IMG/VR virus record: IMGVR_UViG_3300046028_009474
Location: 1,629-65,628 of that record
Strand: one strand, 5' to 3'
Source of the DNA: a virus
Taxonomy: Duplodnaviria > Caudoviricetes
Length of the DNA stretch: 64,000 nucleotides
Shown in pieces: positions 18,589 through 28,619 of the stretch. The notes under the pieces are model-generated. The model was given only the letters and a program-made list of their open reading frames with translations. It was not told the DNA's origin and ran no database searches. Made by a program: the position numbers and the translations under genes. Every line of letters starts with the position of its first letter. Positions within the stretch are counted from its first letter, which is position 1.

Positions 18589-19217
18589 ATTTCAATATCG
18601 TAGATTTGTTTGAGGAAAATATCGAAATTCATTTCAATATCGTACAAGGCATCATGCAACTTGCCCTGATCAAATGCGATACCATAGTGCTTGAGCAAGG
18701 TCAACTGAGATGTTTTAAGACCCTTCTCTTTAACATGAAGAAGCTTGTACTGCCAACTAGTAAAGTTATTCTTGTCGGGCCAAATGTTTTTAAAGATTGC
18801 AGCAGCAATTGATTTAGTGTCAATGATTCGATCAATGAAAGAGTAGTCGGATTTTAATCCCATTTCTTTTCTCCAAATATTAATCATATAAACATCAAAT
18901 CCTAGAAGATTCTGCCCGATTATTTTATACTCTGGATTGTAAAGATAAGGTTTTAGCTTATTAAAAACTTCCATGGGATCTTCGGCGAGTCTTTCGTATT
19001 TCTCCATGGAGAATCCAGTCACTTTAGCAGCACCTTCGGAGACTGTTAGATTCGGCCACTTGATAAAGTGGCTGTGCTTAGATTTGATTTGTTTGCCTTC
19101 TGCAACAATCCAAGCAACTTGCCATGGTCTAGACTTTACTAGATTTAATGATTCTGTTTCCGTGTCCAAGACTATATATTTCTGAGAATTATTAAAGCGA
19201 AGTAGATTATCGTTCAT
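18585..19217 (-). CDS. DEDDh 3'-5' exonuclease (DnaQ/epsilon-like proofreading subunit)
   Basis: ExoI VLDTETES, ExoII QNLLGFDV, ExoIII LHDALYD. Confidence 0.9.
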   Translation of the reverse strand: MNDNLLRFNNSQKYIVLDTETESLNLVKSRPWQVAWIVAEGKQIKSKHSHFIKWPNLTVSEGAAKVTGFSMEKYERLAEDPMEVFNKLKPYLYNPEYKIIGQNLLGFDVYMINIWRKEMGLKSDYSFIDRIIDTKSIAAAIFKNIWPDKNNFTSWQYKLLHVKEKGLKTSQLTLLKHYGIAFDQGKLHDALYDIEMNFDIFLKQIYDIEI

Positions 19218-19959
19218 TAGTTTGTTCTAGATAAGATTCCCAGCAAAATTCATCACTTCCAAAGTGATTGAGATTAGGAGAGGATAGTGTAGCTTGGCGG
19301 CCAAAGGTTCGATTGCAAATAATTTTATAAGTTTGAAAAGCTTCTACATCACACTTATCTTTATAATAAATAGATTTAGTTTTTTGCACTTCAAACTTTT
19401 TACCGTTTTCAGTAAATTTTAAAACTTCTCTTTCCAGAGCCTCATCGAATGGAAGATTGTTAGACTCTATAAAAAAGACTGGATTGATATCTCCAAACTC
19501 TTGAATGCAGCTTTGAAAGTAAAAATTATTCTGATGAATGAATGAATCATAGAATGGAACAGCCAACTTCAAGTTGTCTGTCCATGCTAATTGCAATTGC
19601 TCATGAGTGATTCTACCATTAAAATCAACATAAATTTTAGAGTAAAGACTATACAAATCTTTGCACCCTTGATCATTTTTAGCAAAAACAATTAGTTTGT
19701 GAGTTGACGCTGCATTATCAAGCTGATCACAGCATGTGATTCTCAATCCAAAAATCAATTGAATGCCAAGAGCTTGACTGATTCTAAATGCGTCGAAAAA
19801 TCCAACCATAGAATCTTCCACAAGAGTAATTGTTTTTAAATTATTATCAACAGCAATAGAGAAAATGCTATCTGGTCCGTTCTCATGACAATTATTAGGA
19901 TCATTTAGAGTTAGGATACTGCGTCCAATAGAACAGCTTGATTTGAAGAGAGCGAGCAT
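19207..19959 (-). CDS. Stand-alone PHP domain of DNA Pol III alpha (metal ligands degenerate)
   Basis: S.G.SIL, LVEDSMVGF, LIFGLR and KLIVFAKNDQGCKDL match the DnaE PHP pattern, but the HxH and DH ligands are absent. Confidence 0.8.
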   Translation of the reverse strand: MLALFKSSCSIGRSILTLNDPNNCHENGPDSIFSIAVDNNLKTITLVEDSMVGFFDAFRISQALGIQLIFGLRITCCDQLDNAASTHKLIVFAKNDQGCKDLYSLYSKIYVDFNGRITHEQLQLAWTDNLKLAVPFYDSFIHQNNFYFQSCIQEFGDINPVFFIESNNLPFDEALEREVLKFTENGKKFEVQKTKSIYYKDKCDVEAFQTYKIICNRTFGRQATLSSPNLNHFGSDEFCWESYLEQTNER

Positions 19960-19964
19960 CTTCT

Positions 19965-19992
19965 ATGATACTGCACCTTGAGAACAAGTCAA
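19965..19992 (-). promoter_or_regulatory. sigma70-type promoter, leaderless
   Basis: TTGACT-N16-TATCAT-N5-ATG. Confidence 0.7.
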
Positions 19993-21029
19993 GAGCGTTT
20001 TAGATGTGCGGGGCAACCTGCGTAGTATCTCTTCTCGAAAGAATGGTCGCTCTCCACTAGAGATTCATCAAAGTCTTTTTCAAAAAATGATTTAGTAACT
20101 TTTCCATCTTTTAAAATGACATAATAATGAAAGTCAAACTTCATGGAACACGCCCACTTGGGCTTTCCATCTTTTTTTAGTTCTCCTTTGTATTTGGCAA
20201 ATCCACATTGGAGCGGACCACTGAAAGATTTGTCTGTTGGAAATGGAAAGTTTTTAGCAAAATTAGATTTAGCATCAATTTCTGAAAGTTCATCTATGTA
20301 TTTTTGAATTGAAGTTAATTGATGCTCGAATCCATCCAAATCATCTTCGTTGATTCTTTCCATTACTACTGCTCCATCAGATTTTTGAAGAAGCTTTTGA
20401 TCTAGTTCAAACTTTAAAAAAAGAAATTCGCTAACCCTTTTTTTGAACTCTGGGAACATGTGGCGAACTGCAAGATTATACATGTAATCCTGCAAGTTAT
20501 CAGAGATTTCTTTTCCTTTAAATTTTTCTTTGCTAGTTTTAAAGTCGCGAATAATTGCTAAGTTTTCATCTTTGTATAAAAATAACTTATCAATGAATCC
20601 TTTGATCTTATAAGAAATTCCAGCTTTTTCATCTTGACGAACAATTTCAAAGTCTTTCTCTGAAAAAGATTCTGAAATCAATCCATTAGCTCTGCCGTAG
20701 AAATCATACTTGAGTCCATTTAGAATCATAACTCTGATGGACTCTAAATTTTCCTCGTCAGCAACTTCTAATTTTAAAGCATGTTTTAATACTAATCGTT
20801 TAACTGCGCTATGAGAAAAGGGATCATTATTATCAATAATATATTGATGAATCGACTCTCTTCTTGGTTTGCCTAGAAGCTCAAAAATGAAGTGGCACAC
20901 AGTACCACGTTTCGCGCCATCATTAGATGGATCTGGAAGATTTAATTTATACTTGCACCAATATAACCAACTACAACTTTGAAGAGTTTTAATTCTGCTT
21001 GCGGATAATGTAGTTTTAGGTTCAGTCAT
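19989..21029 (-). CDS. PD-(D/E)XK nuclease (RecB/Cas4-like exonuclease)
   Basis: LSASRI..C, RGTVCH, GFIDKL..IRDFKTS and Q..MY motifs, plus C-terminal cysteines. Confidence 0.85.
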   Translation of the reverse strand: MTEPKTTLSASRIKTLQSCSWLYWCKYKLNLPDPSNDGAKRGTVCHFIFELLGKPRRESIHQYIIDNNDPFSHSAVKRLVLKHALKLEVADEENLESIRVMILNGLKYDFYGRANGLISESFSEKDFEIVRQDEKAGISYKIKGFIDKLFLYKDENLAIIRDFKTSKEKFKGKEISDNLQDYMYNLAVRHMFPEFKKRVSEFLFLKFELDQKLLQKSDGAVVMERINEDDLDGFEHQLTSIQKYIDELSEIDAKSNFAKNFPFPTDKSFSGPLQCGFAKYKGELKKDGKPKWACSMKFDFHYYVILKDGKVTKSFFEKDFDESLVESDHSFEKRYYAGCPAHLKRS

Positions 21030-22095
21030 AATGGTTCAAAATTTTCATCAAAGACTCTACATCTTTTTGTTTAAAGATTGTTTTATGATTGTGAACGTAG
21101 TATTTTAAATTTTCAATATACTTTTTACGATCTATTTCTTGATTGCGCCAAGACTGCAAATTATACTTGTCTTGATGAGCATCTGAAAAATCATTGTATG
21201 ATTGTGGAGGAAGACGAATTTCAATCTGATCAAAGTTAAAGTACTTGATCAAGGAGAGTAGAATCTTAATTGCTCCATTGTATCCATGATTGATGGACGA
21301 TTCAAAGTCGTTGTTTGTAGATATAATTATTTTCTTTACTGGGAAAGAATTTAAATAACTAATAATCGCGGGACTCACTCCTAGTCCAAAAGTTACAAGG
21401 TTGTTGGGAATGTTGTTTTCATAAAGAGCCATGCTGTCTCCAATGCTCTCTACTAATATCACTTCTTCTTTTTCTTTTATCCAAGAATCTACTGTTTTAA
21501 CTGCGGGAATGTGCGCTGGATAAATCCAGTTTTTTCTTTGTCCCAAGTGCTTCCATTTTGGAATCTTTTCAAAGTTATCAATTTTTCTACCGCTGAATCC
21601 AATGATTTGACTGTTCTCGTTATAAATTGGAAACACCATGCGGCGATACATTTTGCCCTCGCCAGCAAATCCAGTTTTATAAAATTTAAGAGTTGATTCT
21701 TTATAATTCTTCTTCGTATAAAAAGAGTAATTAGGAAATAGCTTCTCTAATATTGAGTCTGGGTAAATTCGTTCCATTTCGATTAATTGTTTAGGCTCAT
21801 AAAAAAAGTCTTCTGATTTATTTAAAGAATCAAGAATCTTGTTAAGTTTTTTCTTGTCTCCAGAGACTGTTAATTGTAGCAGTTTTTCTAGTGGAAAAGA
21901 TTGAGAACCAGATACGAAATCCGTCCACACTCCAGTGTTTTTATATATTCTAATAGAAGTGGAATTGTCTCCACCTCTATAAAGAGCACTAGTTCTCCAA
22001 TGATTTCCAAAATCCATTAGCTTGTAGCCAACAGATTCTAGAGTGCTTTTGATCTGATTGGGATCAACGGAAACTTGGCAAGTCGTCATCTTCAT
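21022..22095 (-). CDS. dnaG: DnaG-like primase
   Basis: RMVFPIYN..IIGFSGR..PKWKH and TOPRIM ILVESIGD..L; adjacent to the helicase. Confidence 0.85.
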   Translation of the reverse strand: MKMTTCQVSVDPNQIKSTLESVGYKLMDFGNHWRTSALYRGGDNSTSIRIYKNTGVWTDFVSGSQSFPLEKLLQLTVSGDKKKLNKILDSLNKSEDFFYEPKQLIEMERIYPDSILEKLFPNYSFYTKKNYKESTLKFYKTGFAGEGKMYRRMVFPIYNENSQIIGFSGRKIDNFEKIPKWKHLGQRKNWIYPAHIPAVKTVDSWIKEKEEVILVESIGDSMALYENNIPNNLVTFGLGVSPAIISYLNSFPVKKIIISTNNDFESSINHGYNGAIKILLSLIKYFNFDQIEIRLPPQSYNDFSDAHQDKYNLQSWRNQEIDRKKYIENLKYYVHNHKTIFKQKDVESLMKILNHYD

Positions 22096-23572
22096 CGGTT
22101 TCTAGTTCTCCATTTGTATCCATTGAGTTAGCGATGTCTCGAAGATCACCCCGTTCACTAATGGAGAAGTTTTTAAAATCTAAATTGATGAAGTTCTTTC
22201 TAAGAGTATCTCCGATTCTAATAGGCTCAACTGCCCCAGCAATATCTTGACCAAGATGTCGAGCTTTCACATTGATGAGTTTATGAGTTCCAAAGTTACG
22301 ACCTTCAGACTCAATTTCATCAGCAGTTTTGTTTCTAAGAATAAACATGTGAGAGCAGAACTGAGTGATTCGATCAGAAAGAGAAACCACGCTTTCGTCA
22401 TCAATAACATTTGATGAGTTTCTATTGTTTGTAATTCCACTTCGGTTAGACTGAACTGATGTAATCATTGGAATGATGGGATTTCCATCATGCAAGATTT
22501 CTTTCTGGACGCACTTTTTAAACTTGTCCACCATCTCACCAACAACTTGCCACTCATTCTTTCCTCCCCCAGATTCAGAAGTAGTTTTGATATAGTCGAA
22601 TGAGAAGATCATTCGATTGCCACGACCAACTTTTCCATAATAAAAACGCTTGAGAGTTTTAATCATAGAGTCAACATCCATACCGCCAACATTGTAGTAA
22701 TAGAATTGGAGATTTTTAATTTGGCTCCAGACTGATCTAATTTTGTCAACTACATCTTGTCCAGCTTTACGCCAGTTTCCAGTTTCAATCAAATGCATGG
22801 GAACTCCAGAGAGTGCAGCGCATTGCCGCATAATGAGTTCTTCTTTGCTCATTTCTCCATTGTCGAAGTGTAATACTGGGATGCCATACTTGACGGCAAC
22901 CTTGGTGCTGTAATCCATGCAAAATTGAGTTTTACCAACACCACTTCTAGCAACGATCACAGTGATGTTGCCAGGGCGAAGAAGAGATCCATAGATTTGA
23001 TTTACTTTTTTATGCGGACCCATCATGCCGAATTCGACAACTGGATTGTTTCCTCTCTCCTCAACGAGAGCTTCCATCTCTTCGTAGATATTTTCTGGAG
23101 TATCGTTTCCTAATTCATACAAATTAATGCGAGAATTATAAATTTGATCTGCTTGGGAAATGATGTCTGTGTAAGTAGAATCAGGACTAATGCCCTTCAT
23201 TTTCTTAGCGACTTCGCGAGCAGACTCGTAGATTTCTCTACGCACCGTGTATTTTTTTAACTCCTTAGCTGTTTTAATCAGGTTTCCTTTGGGAACTTTT
23301 CTCATTCCTAAAGACCGAATATAATCAGATGGATTAACATTATCCTCAAAAGATAATCCTAGAGAATTTACTCTTTGAGCAATGATAACCTCATCCACCC
23401 CTTCGCTCTTATCAATAGCTTGCTTGATAATTGAAAAGATTGAAGAGTGTAAATTAGTATTGTCAGAGTAAAAATCTCTAGAGTTAATAAAATTAGAAAT
23501 CTCACAATAATCATCTGGCTCTTTGATTAAAGCTGCAAGCAACTGTTTTTCTAATTCATAATCGTAGATCAT
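22064..23572 (-). CDS. dnaB: Replicative DNA helicase DnaB
   Basis: N-terminal E..LL..L..DFY, Walker A ARSGVGKT, GEMS, FDY, Q.NR and KAR motifs. Confidence 0.92.
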   Translation of the reverse strand: MIYDYELEKQLLAALIKEPDDYCEISNFINSRDFYSDNTNLHSSIFSIIKQAIDKSEGVDEVIIAQRVNSLGLSFEDNVNPSDYIRSLGMRKVPKGNLIKTAKELKKYTVRREIYESAREVAKKMKGISPDSTYTDIISQADQIYNSRINLYELGNDTPENIYEEMEALVEERGNNPVVEFGMMGPHKKVNQIYGSLLRPGNITVIVARSGVGKTQFCMDYSTKVAVKYGIPVLHFDNGEMSKEELIMRQCAALSGVPMHLIETGNWRKAGQDVVDKIRSVWSQIKNLQFYYYNVGGMDVDSMIKTLKRFYYGKVGRGNRMIFSFDYIKTTSESGGGKNEWQVVGEMVDKFKKCVQKEILHDGNPIIPMITSVQSNRSGITNNRNSSNVIDDESVVSLSDRITQFCSHMFILRNKTADEIESEGRNFGTHKLINVKARHLGQDIAGAVEPIRIGDTLRKNFINLDFKNFSISERGDLRDIANSMDTNGELETDEDDDLPSFR

Positions 23573-23577
23573 ATATA

Positions 23578-23606
23578 TGTATAGGTGAGACTAGTAGTTT
23601 TGTCAA
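23578..23606 (-). promoter_or_regulatory. Candidate sigma70-type promoter, leaderless
   Basis: TTGACA-N17-TATACA-N5-ATG; the -10 box is imperfect. Confidence 0.55.
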
Positions 23607-23614
23607 TGGCAGAT

Positions 23615-24022
23615 TTATAGTTCAACTCCAAAATTCAAGAATAGCTCCCGATTGAGAACGTCTTTGGGGTAAATTTCTATTAAAACTATTTCATTCACTT
23701 CGCAAAACTTTAACTTTTTGTCATCTCTTTTTAATTGTTTTAAGTATTGCAGTTTATTCCTATGAAAGAATTTAACATATTGAGTGTGCTGTAAACCTTG
23801 CACTTCAACAGCAACTTTTTTATTATAGTTGTAAAAGTCTAAAGACAAAGCTGTTCCAACAACACGCATTTCTTCAAACACTTTATCATTTTGCCAATAA
23901 AGTTTTAAAAAGTTTTTAACAGTTGTTTGGAATTTGCTACGGCTATCAACTTCCCAATTGATCGCGTATTTCTTAGAGTTCTTTAAAAACGATGGATTGC
24001 CATTGATGTTTTTAAACTTCAT
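23615..24022 (-). CDS. Vsr-like / DUF559-like endonuclease
   Basis: SRSKFQ, LDFY..VAVEVQGLQH..RD..K..C...LIEI. Start placed at MKFK (24022), which overlaps the recA 3' end. Confidence 0.75.
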   Translation of the reverse strand: MKFKNINGNPSFLKNSKKYAINWEVDSRSKFQTTVKNFLKLYWQNDKVFEEMRVVGTALSLDFYNYNKKVAVEVQGLQHTQYVKFFHRNKLQYLKQLKRDDKKLKFCEVNEIVLIEIYPKDVLNRELFLNFGVEL

Positions 24023-25148
24023 TATTGATGAGCTTCTTAAAGTATCCAATCAAGAAGGCTGCTAATTTAACATCGTTCTCAATGAACAAGAATAAATTGT
24101 CAGCCCCTTGAATTTTCTCAGGAATTATAATAGCAGTTTCTTCTAGCACTAATTGCCGAAACTCTTCTGAGATGTTGATCCAAGCTCCTTTGCGAGAGAT
24201 GAACTCCCATGCATAAAGCATATCAACGATTTCTTTTTCGATCCAAATTGAATTGCCATTGCTTCTTCCATATTTAATAGGATATGGAATTGTTAAGTTG
24301 GTCTTTTCATTTGGAGACTTCTTCACTGTGGCTTTTGCAAAGTGACCAATGATTGGATTATTGATTAAATCAATTTTATTATCGTTGGGATTTTTGAGAA
24401 TAAGATCTCCCTTGAATCTTGGTTCAAACTCAAGAATCCAGTTGGCAAAGTGAAGCAGAGCGTTGCCGCCAGTAGCAGAGGTTTGGCGCACTGGAGCTTT
24501 GGAGTATGGATCAAGTTTGATATCTGCACGAACTTGACTGATAAAAATTGCCAAGTGACCCCTCTTGCACAGAGAGATTGACATTCGCTTCATAAAGTTA
24601 CCAGCAATCACTGCTCCACCAGCAACCTTATTGCTATCCTCAAATCCCTTGTCCAAATCTCCTTTAGAGATGAGTCCATCCACAGAGTCTAAAAGGAAAA
24701 AGTAGAATTTATTTTCATCATTTTTACCCACTAGTTGTCGCATAGCATCAACAGCAGTTTCATAAATATTTGTTTCAAATACAAAACAAGTTCCATCAAC
24801 CCATTCATCCGCAGAGAAAACAAATTTAATACCAGACCTTTCTCTCATTTGTTTGGAGAGGCGACCTTCAGCTTTGATGTAAAAACCTTTGCGATTAGCA
24901 CCACCATCTAAAAAGCCCTTCATGAATGAGAGGGCGCAAGATGTTTTTCCAGTTTCATTTGGCCCGCAAAATCTGTGCAGTCCTGGTCCCAATCCGCCAT
25001 CTAAATGCAAGTCCAATTGCAGAGATCCACTAGAAACTTTATAGTCAATTTCTTCTTCAAAATTATAGTGATCTTCAGAATTTTGCTTGAGGAATGATCC
25101 CAGAACATCGGATGATTTTACAAACTCTTTATCTTTAATTTTGCTCAT
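24012..25148 (-). CDS. recA: RecA/UvsX-like recombinase
   Basis: SSGSLQLDLHL.GG, Walker A GPNETGKT, LLDSV, IFISQVR, TGGNALLH and KS motifs. Confidence 0.9.
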   Translation of the reverse strand: MSKIKDKEFVKSSDVLGSFLKQNSEDHYNFEEEIDYKVSSGSLQLDLHLDGGLGPGLHRFCGPNETGKTSCALSFMKGFLDGGANRKGFYIKAEGRLSKQMRERSGIKFVFSADEWVDGTCFVFETNIYETAVDAMRQLVGKNDENKFYFFLLDSVDGLISKGDLDKGFEDSNKVAGGAVIAGNFMKRMSISLCKRGHLAIFISQVRADIKLDPYSKAPVRQTSATGGNALLHFANWILEFEPRFKGDLILKNPNDNKIDLINNPIIGHFAKATVKKSPNEKTNLTIPYPIKYGRSNGNSIWIEKEIVDMLYAWEFISRKGAWINISEEFRQLVLEETAIIIPEKIQGADNLFLFIENDVKLAAFLIGYFKKLINNEV

Positions 25149-25509
25149 TTAGAAAGTCTTTGATGGTTTTAGTTTTATTAATGATAGATGCATCAGAATC
25201 ACACTTATCGCCTAGATCATAACTCTCATACCTTGAAGTGTCAACGGTAAAGTTAAAAGCTCTGAACTTTTGATCTAACGTCTCTTTAAGCTTTTCGCTA
25301 ACTAGATATGCTAAAGAATCAAACTGTTTATCAAAAGAAGCAACTTCCATAAACTCTTCAGAATATCTCTCGCATAAAATATTCAAAAAATGCATTTCTC
25401 GCATATAAAAAAGGCGCTTATCCTTTGCGGGAATAAGCACCAATCTTATGAGGATTTTCTTTTTGTTGACTTTTTTTTGAGATTTTGGCTTAGTCTTTTT
25501 AGCAGGCAT
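25135..25509 (-). CDS. Hypothetical protein
   Basis: 124-aa ORF with a promoter directly upstream, overlapping the recA start. Confidence 0.7.
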   Translation of the reverse strand: MPAKKTKPKSQKKVNKKKILIRLVLIPAKDKRLFYMREMHFLNILCERYSEEFMEVASFDKQFDSLAYLVSEKLKETLDQKFRAFNFTVDTSRYESYDLGDKCDSDASIINKTKTIKDFLNEQN

Positions 25510-25514
25510 TCACC

Positions 25515-25542
25515 ATTATACAATAGTCTTAAAGTTCGTCAA
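25515..25542 (-). promoter_or_regulatory. sigma70-type promoter, leaderless
   Basis: TTGACG-N16-TATAAT-N5-ATG. Confidence 0.75.
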
Positions 25543-26644
25543 GGTCATTTTGTACCATCTTGCGAACGAGATTTTCAAAAGATGTTTTTGGAATCCAGTT
25601 TAGTTCTGTGCGAGCTTTTGTAGAATCTCCCCAAAGAAGTTCAACTTCGGCAGGTCGATAAAATTTAGAATTAATTGCTACTAATACTCTTCCGTTGTTT
25701 TCATCAACATACTTTTCATCAATACCGATTCCTTCCCAAATGCCATAAATTCCAACTTCTTTAAATGCCAACTCCACAAATTCTCTAATAGAGTGTGTTT
25801 CATTAGATGATAAAACATACTCCTTGGGAAATTCTTGATTCAGCATAAGCCAAATTCCCTCTACAAAATCTTCAGCATCACTCCAGTCTCTTTTGGCATC
25901 TAAATTTCCAAGCTCAAGAATATTATAAGGCCCTTCATTATTAATAGCATTTTTGATACGAGCAACTGCTTTTGTAATTTTTCTAGTTACAAATTCTTCC
26001 CCCCTGCGAGTGCCTTCGTGATTGAATAGCCAACCCTGTACTGCGTAGAGATTATAAGAGTCTCTCCACACCTTAACTAGCTGTCTAGAAGCTGTTTTAG
26101 ATGCTCCATATGGACTTCTAGGGCGCAATGGGTGCAGTTCGTCTTGAGGGTTGTAAGCCACATCCCCGAACTCTTCTGAAGAGCCAGCTTGATAAAATCT
26201 GCAAGTTGGATGGTAGAGCCTAATAGCCTCTAAAACATGAAGTGTAGAAGTTGAGTTGGTCTCCCAAGTTTGATGGGCAAAATCCCAGCTACTACCAACA
26301 AAGCTCTGTGCAGCTAAATTAATAAAATAATCTGGTTTGATTTTTTCAATAATTCTTGCAATAGAATGGCTATCAATAAGATCGAAATTAATCAAATGAA
26401 ATCGTTCATTATCGATGTGCGAAATGTTTTTATGATTATAAACGCTAAGCCTGCGAACGCATCCAAAAATTTCATAGTCCGTATTAGCTAAAAGATAATC
26501 AACCATATGACTGCCATCCTGACCAGTAACTCCTGTGACAATTATTGATTTTTTGTCAACTGATTTTTTTGCTGCGTCTTCGATGTTTAATATGTCCATA
26601 TGATCTATTTTTTTGCCTGTGTATTTTTCTTTAAGGTTGTTCAT
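25529..26644 (-). CDS. gmd: GDP-mannose 4,6-dehydratase
   Basis: TGVTGQDGS, NLAAQSFV, YQAGSSEEFG, PRSPYGASK, LFNHE..RRGEEFVTRKIT, LGNLDAKRDW and RPAEVELL.GD. Confidence 0.96.
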   Translation of the reverse strand: MNNLKEKYTGKKIDHMDILNIEDAAKKSVDKKSIIVTGVTGQDGSHMVDYLLANTDYEIFGCVRRLSVYNHKNISHIDNERFHLINFDLIDSHSIARIIEKIKPDYFINLAAQSFVGSSWDFAHQTWETNSTSTLHVLEAIRLYHPTCRFYQAGSSEEFGDVAYNPQDELHPLRPRSPYGASKTASRQLVKVWRDSYNLYAVQGWLFNHEGTRRGEEFVTRKITKAVARIKNAINNEGPYNILELGNLDAKRDWSDAEDFVEGIWLMLNQEFPKEYVLSSNETHSIREFVELAFKEVGIYGIWEGIGIDEKYVDENNGRVLVAINSKFYRPAEVELLWGDSTKARTELNWIPKTSFENLVRKMVQNDLDEL

Positions 26645-27308
26645 TATTTTTCAATATAAATTTTTCAGCCGTATTATTAAATTCGGGATTCAAGAAAATA
26701 TTAAATATGATTTCATCAATTTTATCTTTTTTTACATACCAATCTTCAAATGGTAGATCAATATCTGCATTGCAGATATCACCACCAATTAATTCATATC
26801 CATTAGATTTAAAAATTTGACGAGATTCATTTCTAATTTCTATGGAAGAATTATGGTAATCTGTTTCATATGTAATAACTGAAAAATTATATTTATCAAA
26901 TGGTATTTTTTTAAGACATTCTAATGTGTTATGCGCTGGCTCAATATCTATTTGAAGATAATCAATATCAATGGGCATATTATTATCCTCAAATAATTTT
27001 TTATAATCAATTTCTAAAGCATTTTGAACAATTAATTTAGATTTTCTTTGAGATTCAAATCCATGAATATTATTGATATCAATTGATACTCCACTCCATC
27101 CAAATTCATTTTCTAATAAAAAAGTATTACTGATTTCGGTTGGATGGAAGGTTCCTATTTCAACAAAATATCCGTTTCGTTTGCCGTCTAACATGCTCAA
27201 TACGAACATATCTTGATATGCTTGAGAATAATTCTTATTTATTAATTTGCAATCTTTAAATTGAAATTTTAATTTATTTAATTTTGATATATGGTAATAG
27301 TCATTCAT
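26631..27308 (-). CDS. FkbM-like SAM-dependent methyltransferase
   Basis: YSQAYQD, YFVEIG..SNTFLLE..GWSG and IDYLQIDIEP. Confidence 0.75.
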   Translation of the reverse strand: MNDYYHISKLNKLKFQFKDCKLINKNYSQAYQDMFVLSMLDGKRNGYFVEIGTFHPTEISNTFLLENEFGWSGVSIDINNIHGFESQRKSKLIVQNALEIDYKKLFEDNNMPIDIDYLQIDIEPAHNTLECLKKIPFDKYNFSVITYETDYHNSSIEIRNESRQIFKSNGYELIGGDICNADIDLPFEDWYVKKDKIDEIIFNIFLNPEFNNTAEKFILKNNEQP

Positions 27309-27930
27309 GTTTTTTTAAGTAAAATGCATCTCCCCAAGGATGGTTTGAATAAAGATATTTTTCTTTTCTCTCAAAGTTGAATTTATTTAAAAATTCATCA
27401 ATTTCATTTGTTTGCGAACAATTTTTATAAACTTCTGAATCATTAATTTCTATATAGATAGATTTAATAGAATCTAAATGATCCGTTAAACCTTGTAAGG
27501 CTAATAATTCAGCTCCTTGAATATCTATATTTAGAAAATCAATTTTTTCTAAAAATACCTCTTCAGACAAGATTGAATTTAGTGTTTTCGTAAATCTTTT
27601 TTCTTCATGAGTGTAGTAAATATCTGGAAATAAATTAGAATGTTCGCCTAAATCTAAAATAGATGAAGATTGAGTGTTATTGGCTATTTTAAATATGACT
27701 TCTTTGTCGTCTTCATTAGATACTACAGCATTAGTAACTTTATGAATAGATGCATCTAAACGATCAGATAGTTTGTTAGCTAAATCGGTATTGGCCTCTA
27801 TCCAATGAATTTTTTTTGCTCCGCATTGAATATAATCATCTAGTTCTTGACCTTCGTGTGCGCCAACGTGTAGAATATTTGTTAGATTAAGATTATACTT
27901 TTCCTTTAAGTGATTTAATGGTATAAACAT
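27301..27930 (-). CDS. FkbM-family methyltransferase
   Basis: ILHVGAHEGQE, IEAN, SSSIL, LNIDIQGAELLAL.G and WGDAFY. Start placed at MFIPL (27930). Confidence 0.85.
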   Translation of the reverse strand: MFIPLNHLKEKYNLNLTNILHVGAHEGQELDDYIQCGAKKIHWIEANTDLANKLSDRLDASIHKVTNAVVSNEDDKEVIFKIANNTQSSSILDLGEHSNLFPDIYYTHEEKRFTKTLNSILSEEVFLEKIDFLNIDIQGAELLALQGLTDHLDSIKSIYIEINDSEVYKNCSQTNEIDEFLNKFNFERKEKYLYSNHPWGDAFYLKKHE

Positions 27931-27935
27931 GTTTA

Positions 27936-28619
27936 TTAATTTTTTATTGATACTTCTTTCCAGTTTAAAAATGGAAATATATCTCCATGCCATTCTCTGT
28001 ATTCTTTTTGAACTGGGCAAATAACATTATTTTGATTTCCCAAAAATCCAATCCACCAACTAAATGTTCCTAAAGATAATATTTTATTTTCAAATTGAGA
28101 TCCAAATATTATAGTTTTTTCGGGAGAGTTTTCAAAAATTTGTAAATTAAATTGATCACTAAGTTTTTTTATTATATCATTATTTGGAGAATCACTAGAT
28201 ATGTATCCACCACTTAATCCTTGCAAGGATTTTTGATAATATTCAATTTGACAACACCCTTTATCATTAACAATATCACCAAGTCGAACATGAACAAATG
28301 ATCCTTTTTTTATTTTACCTTCATTAAGAAAAAAATGTTTATTAAATTTTAAAAACTCTAATATTACTCTATTTTGGAAAAATCCATCCAATATTATATT
28401 TTCATTTATATTTGTTTCTTTTAATAAATCGTATATATTATCATCATTTATTATTAAATTATTTTCATAAATATGACTATTTTTACTAGCATCGAATTTA
28501 AAAATATTATTTAATAACGGATTAGCAATTGATTGATTGAATTTTTTAGATAAAATTAATGATGCAAAATATTGAAAAAGATTATTTCCGAACCTTCCTT
28601 GATAATTTATATTTATCAT
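27936..28619 (-). CDS. GT11 (alpha-1,2-fucosyltransferase-like) glycosyltransferase
   Basis: GRFGNNLFQY, GFFQ, VHVRLGD, YY and GTFSWW. Confidence 0.85.
   Translation of the reverse strand: MININYQGRFGNNLFQYFASLILSKKFNQSIANPLLNNIFKFDASKNSHIYENNLIINDDNIYDLLKETNINENIILDGFFQNRVILEFLKFNKHFFLNEGKIKKGSFVHVRLGDIVNDKGCCQIEYYQKSLQGLSGGYISSDSPNNDIIKKLSDQFNLQIFENSPEKTIIFGSQFENKILSLGTFSWWIGFLGNQNNVICPVQKEYREWHGDIFPFLNWKEVSIKN

Noticed and set aside
14710-19959. dnaE as a pseudogene, or stop-codon reassignment
   Set aside because: The breaks coincide with intein halves and domain boundaries, catalytic motifs are intact, and genes tile densely under the standard code.
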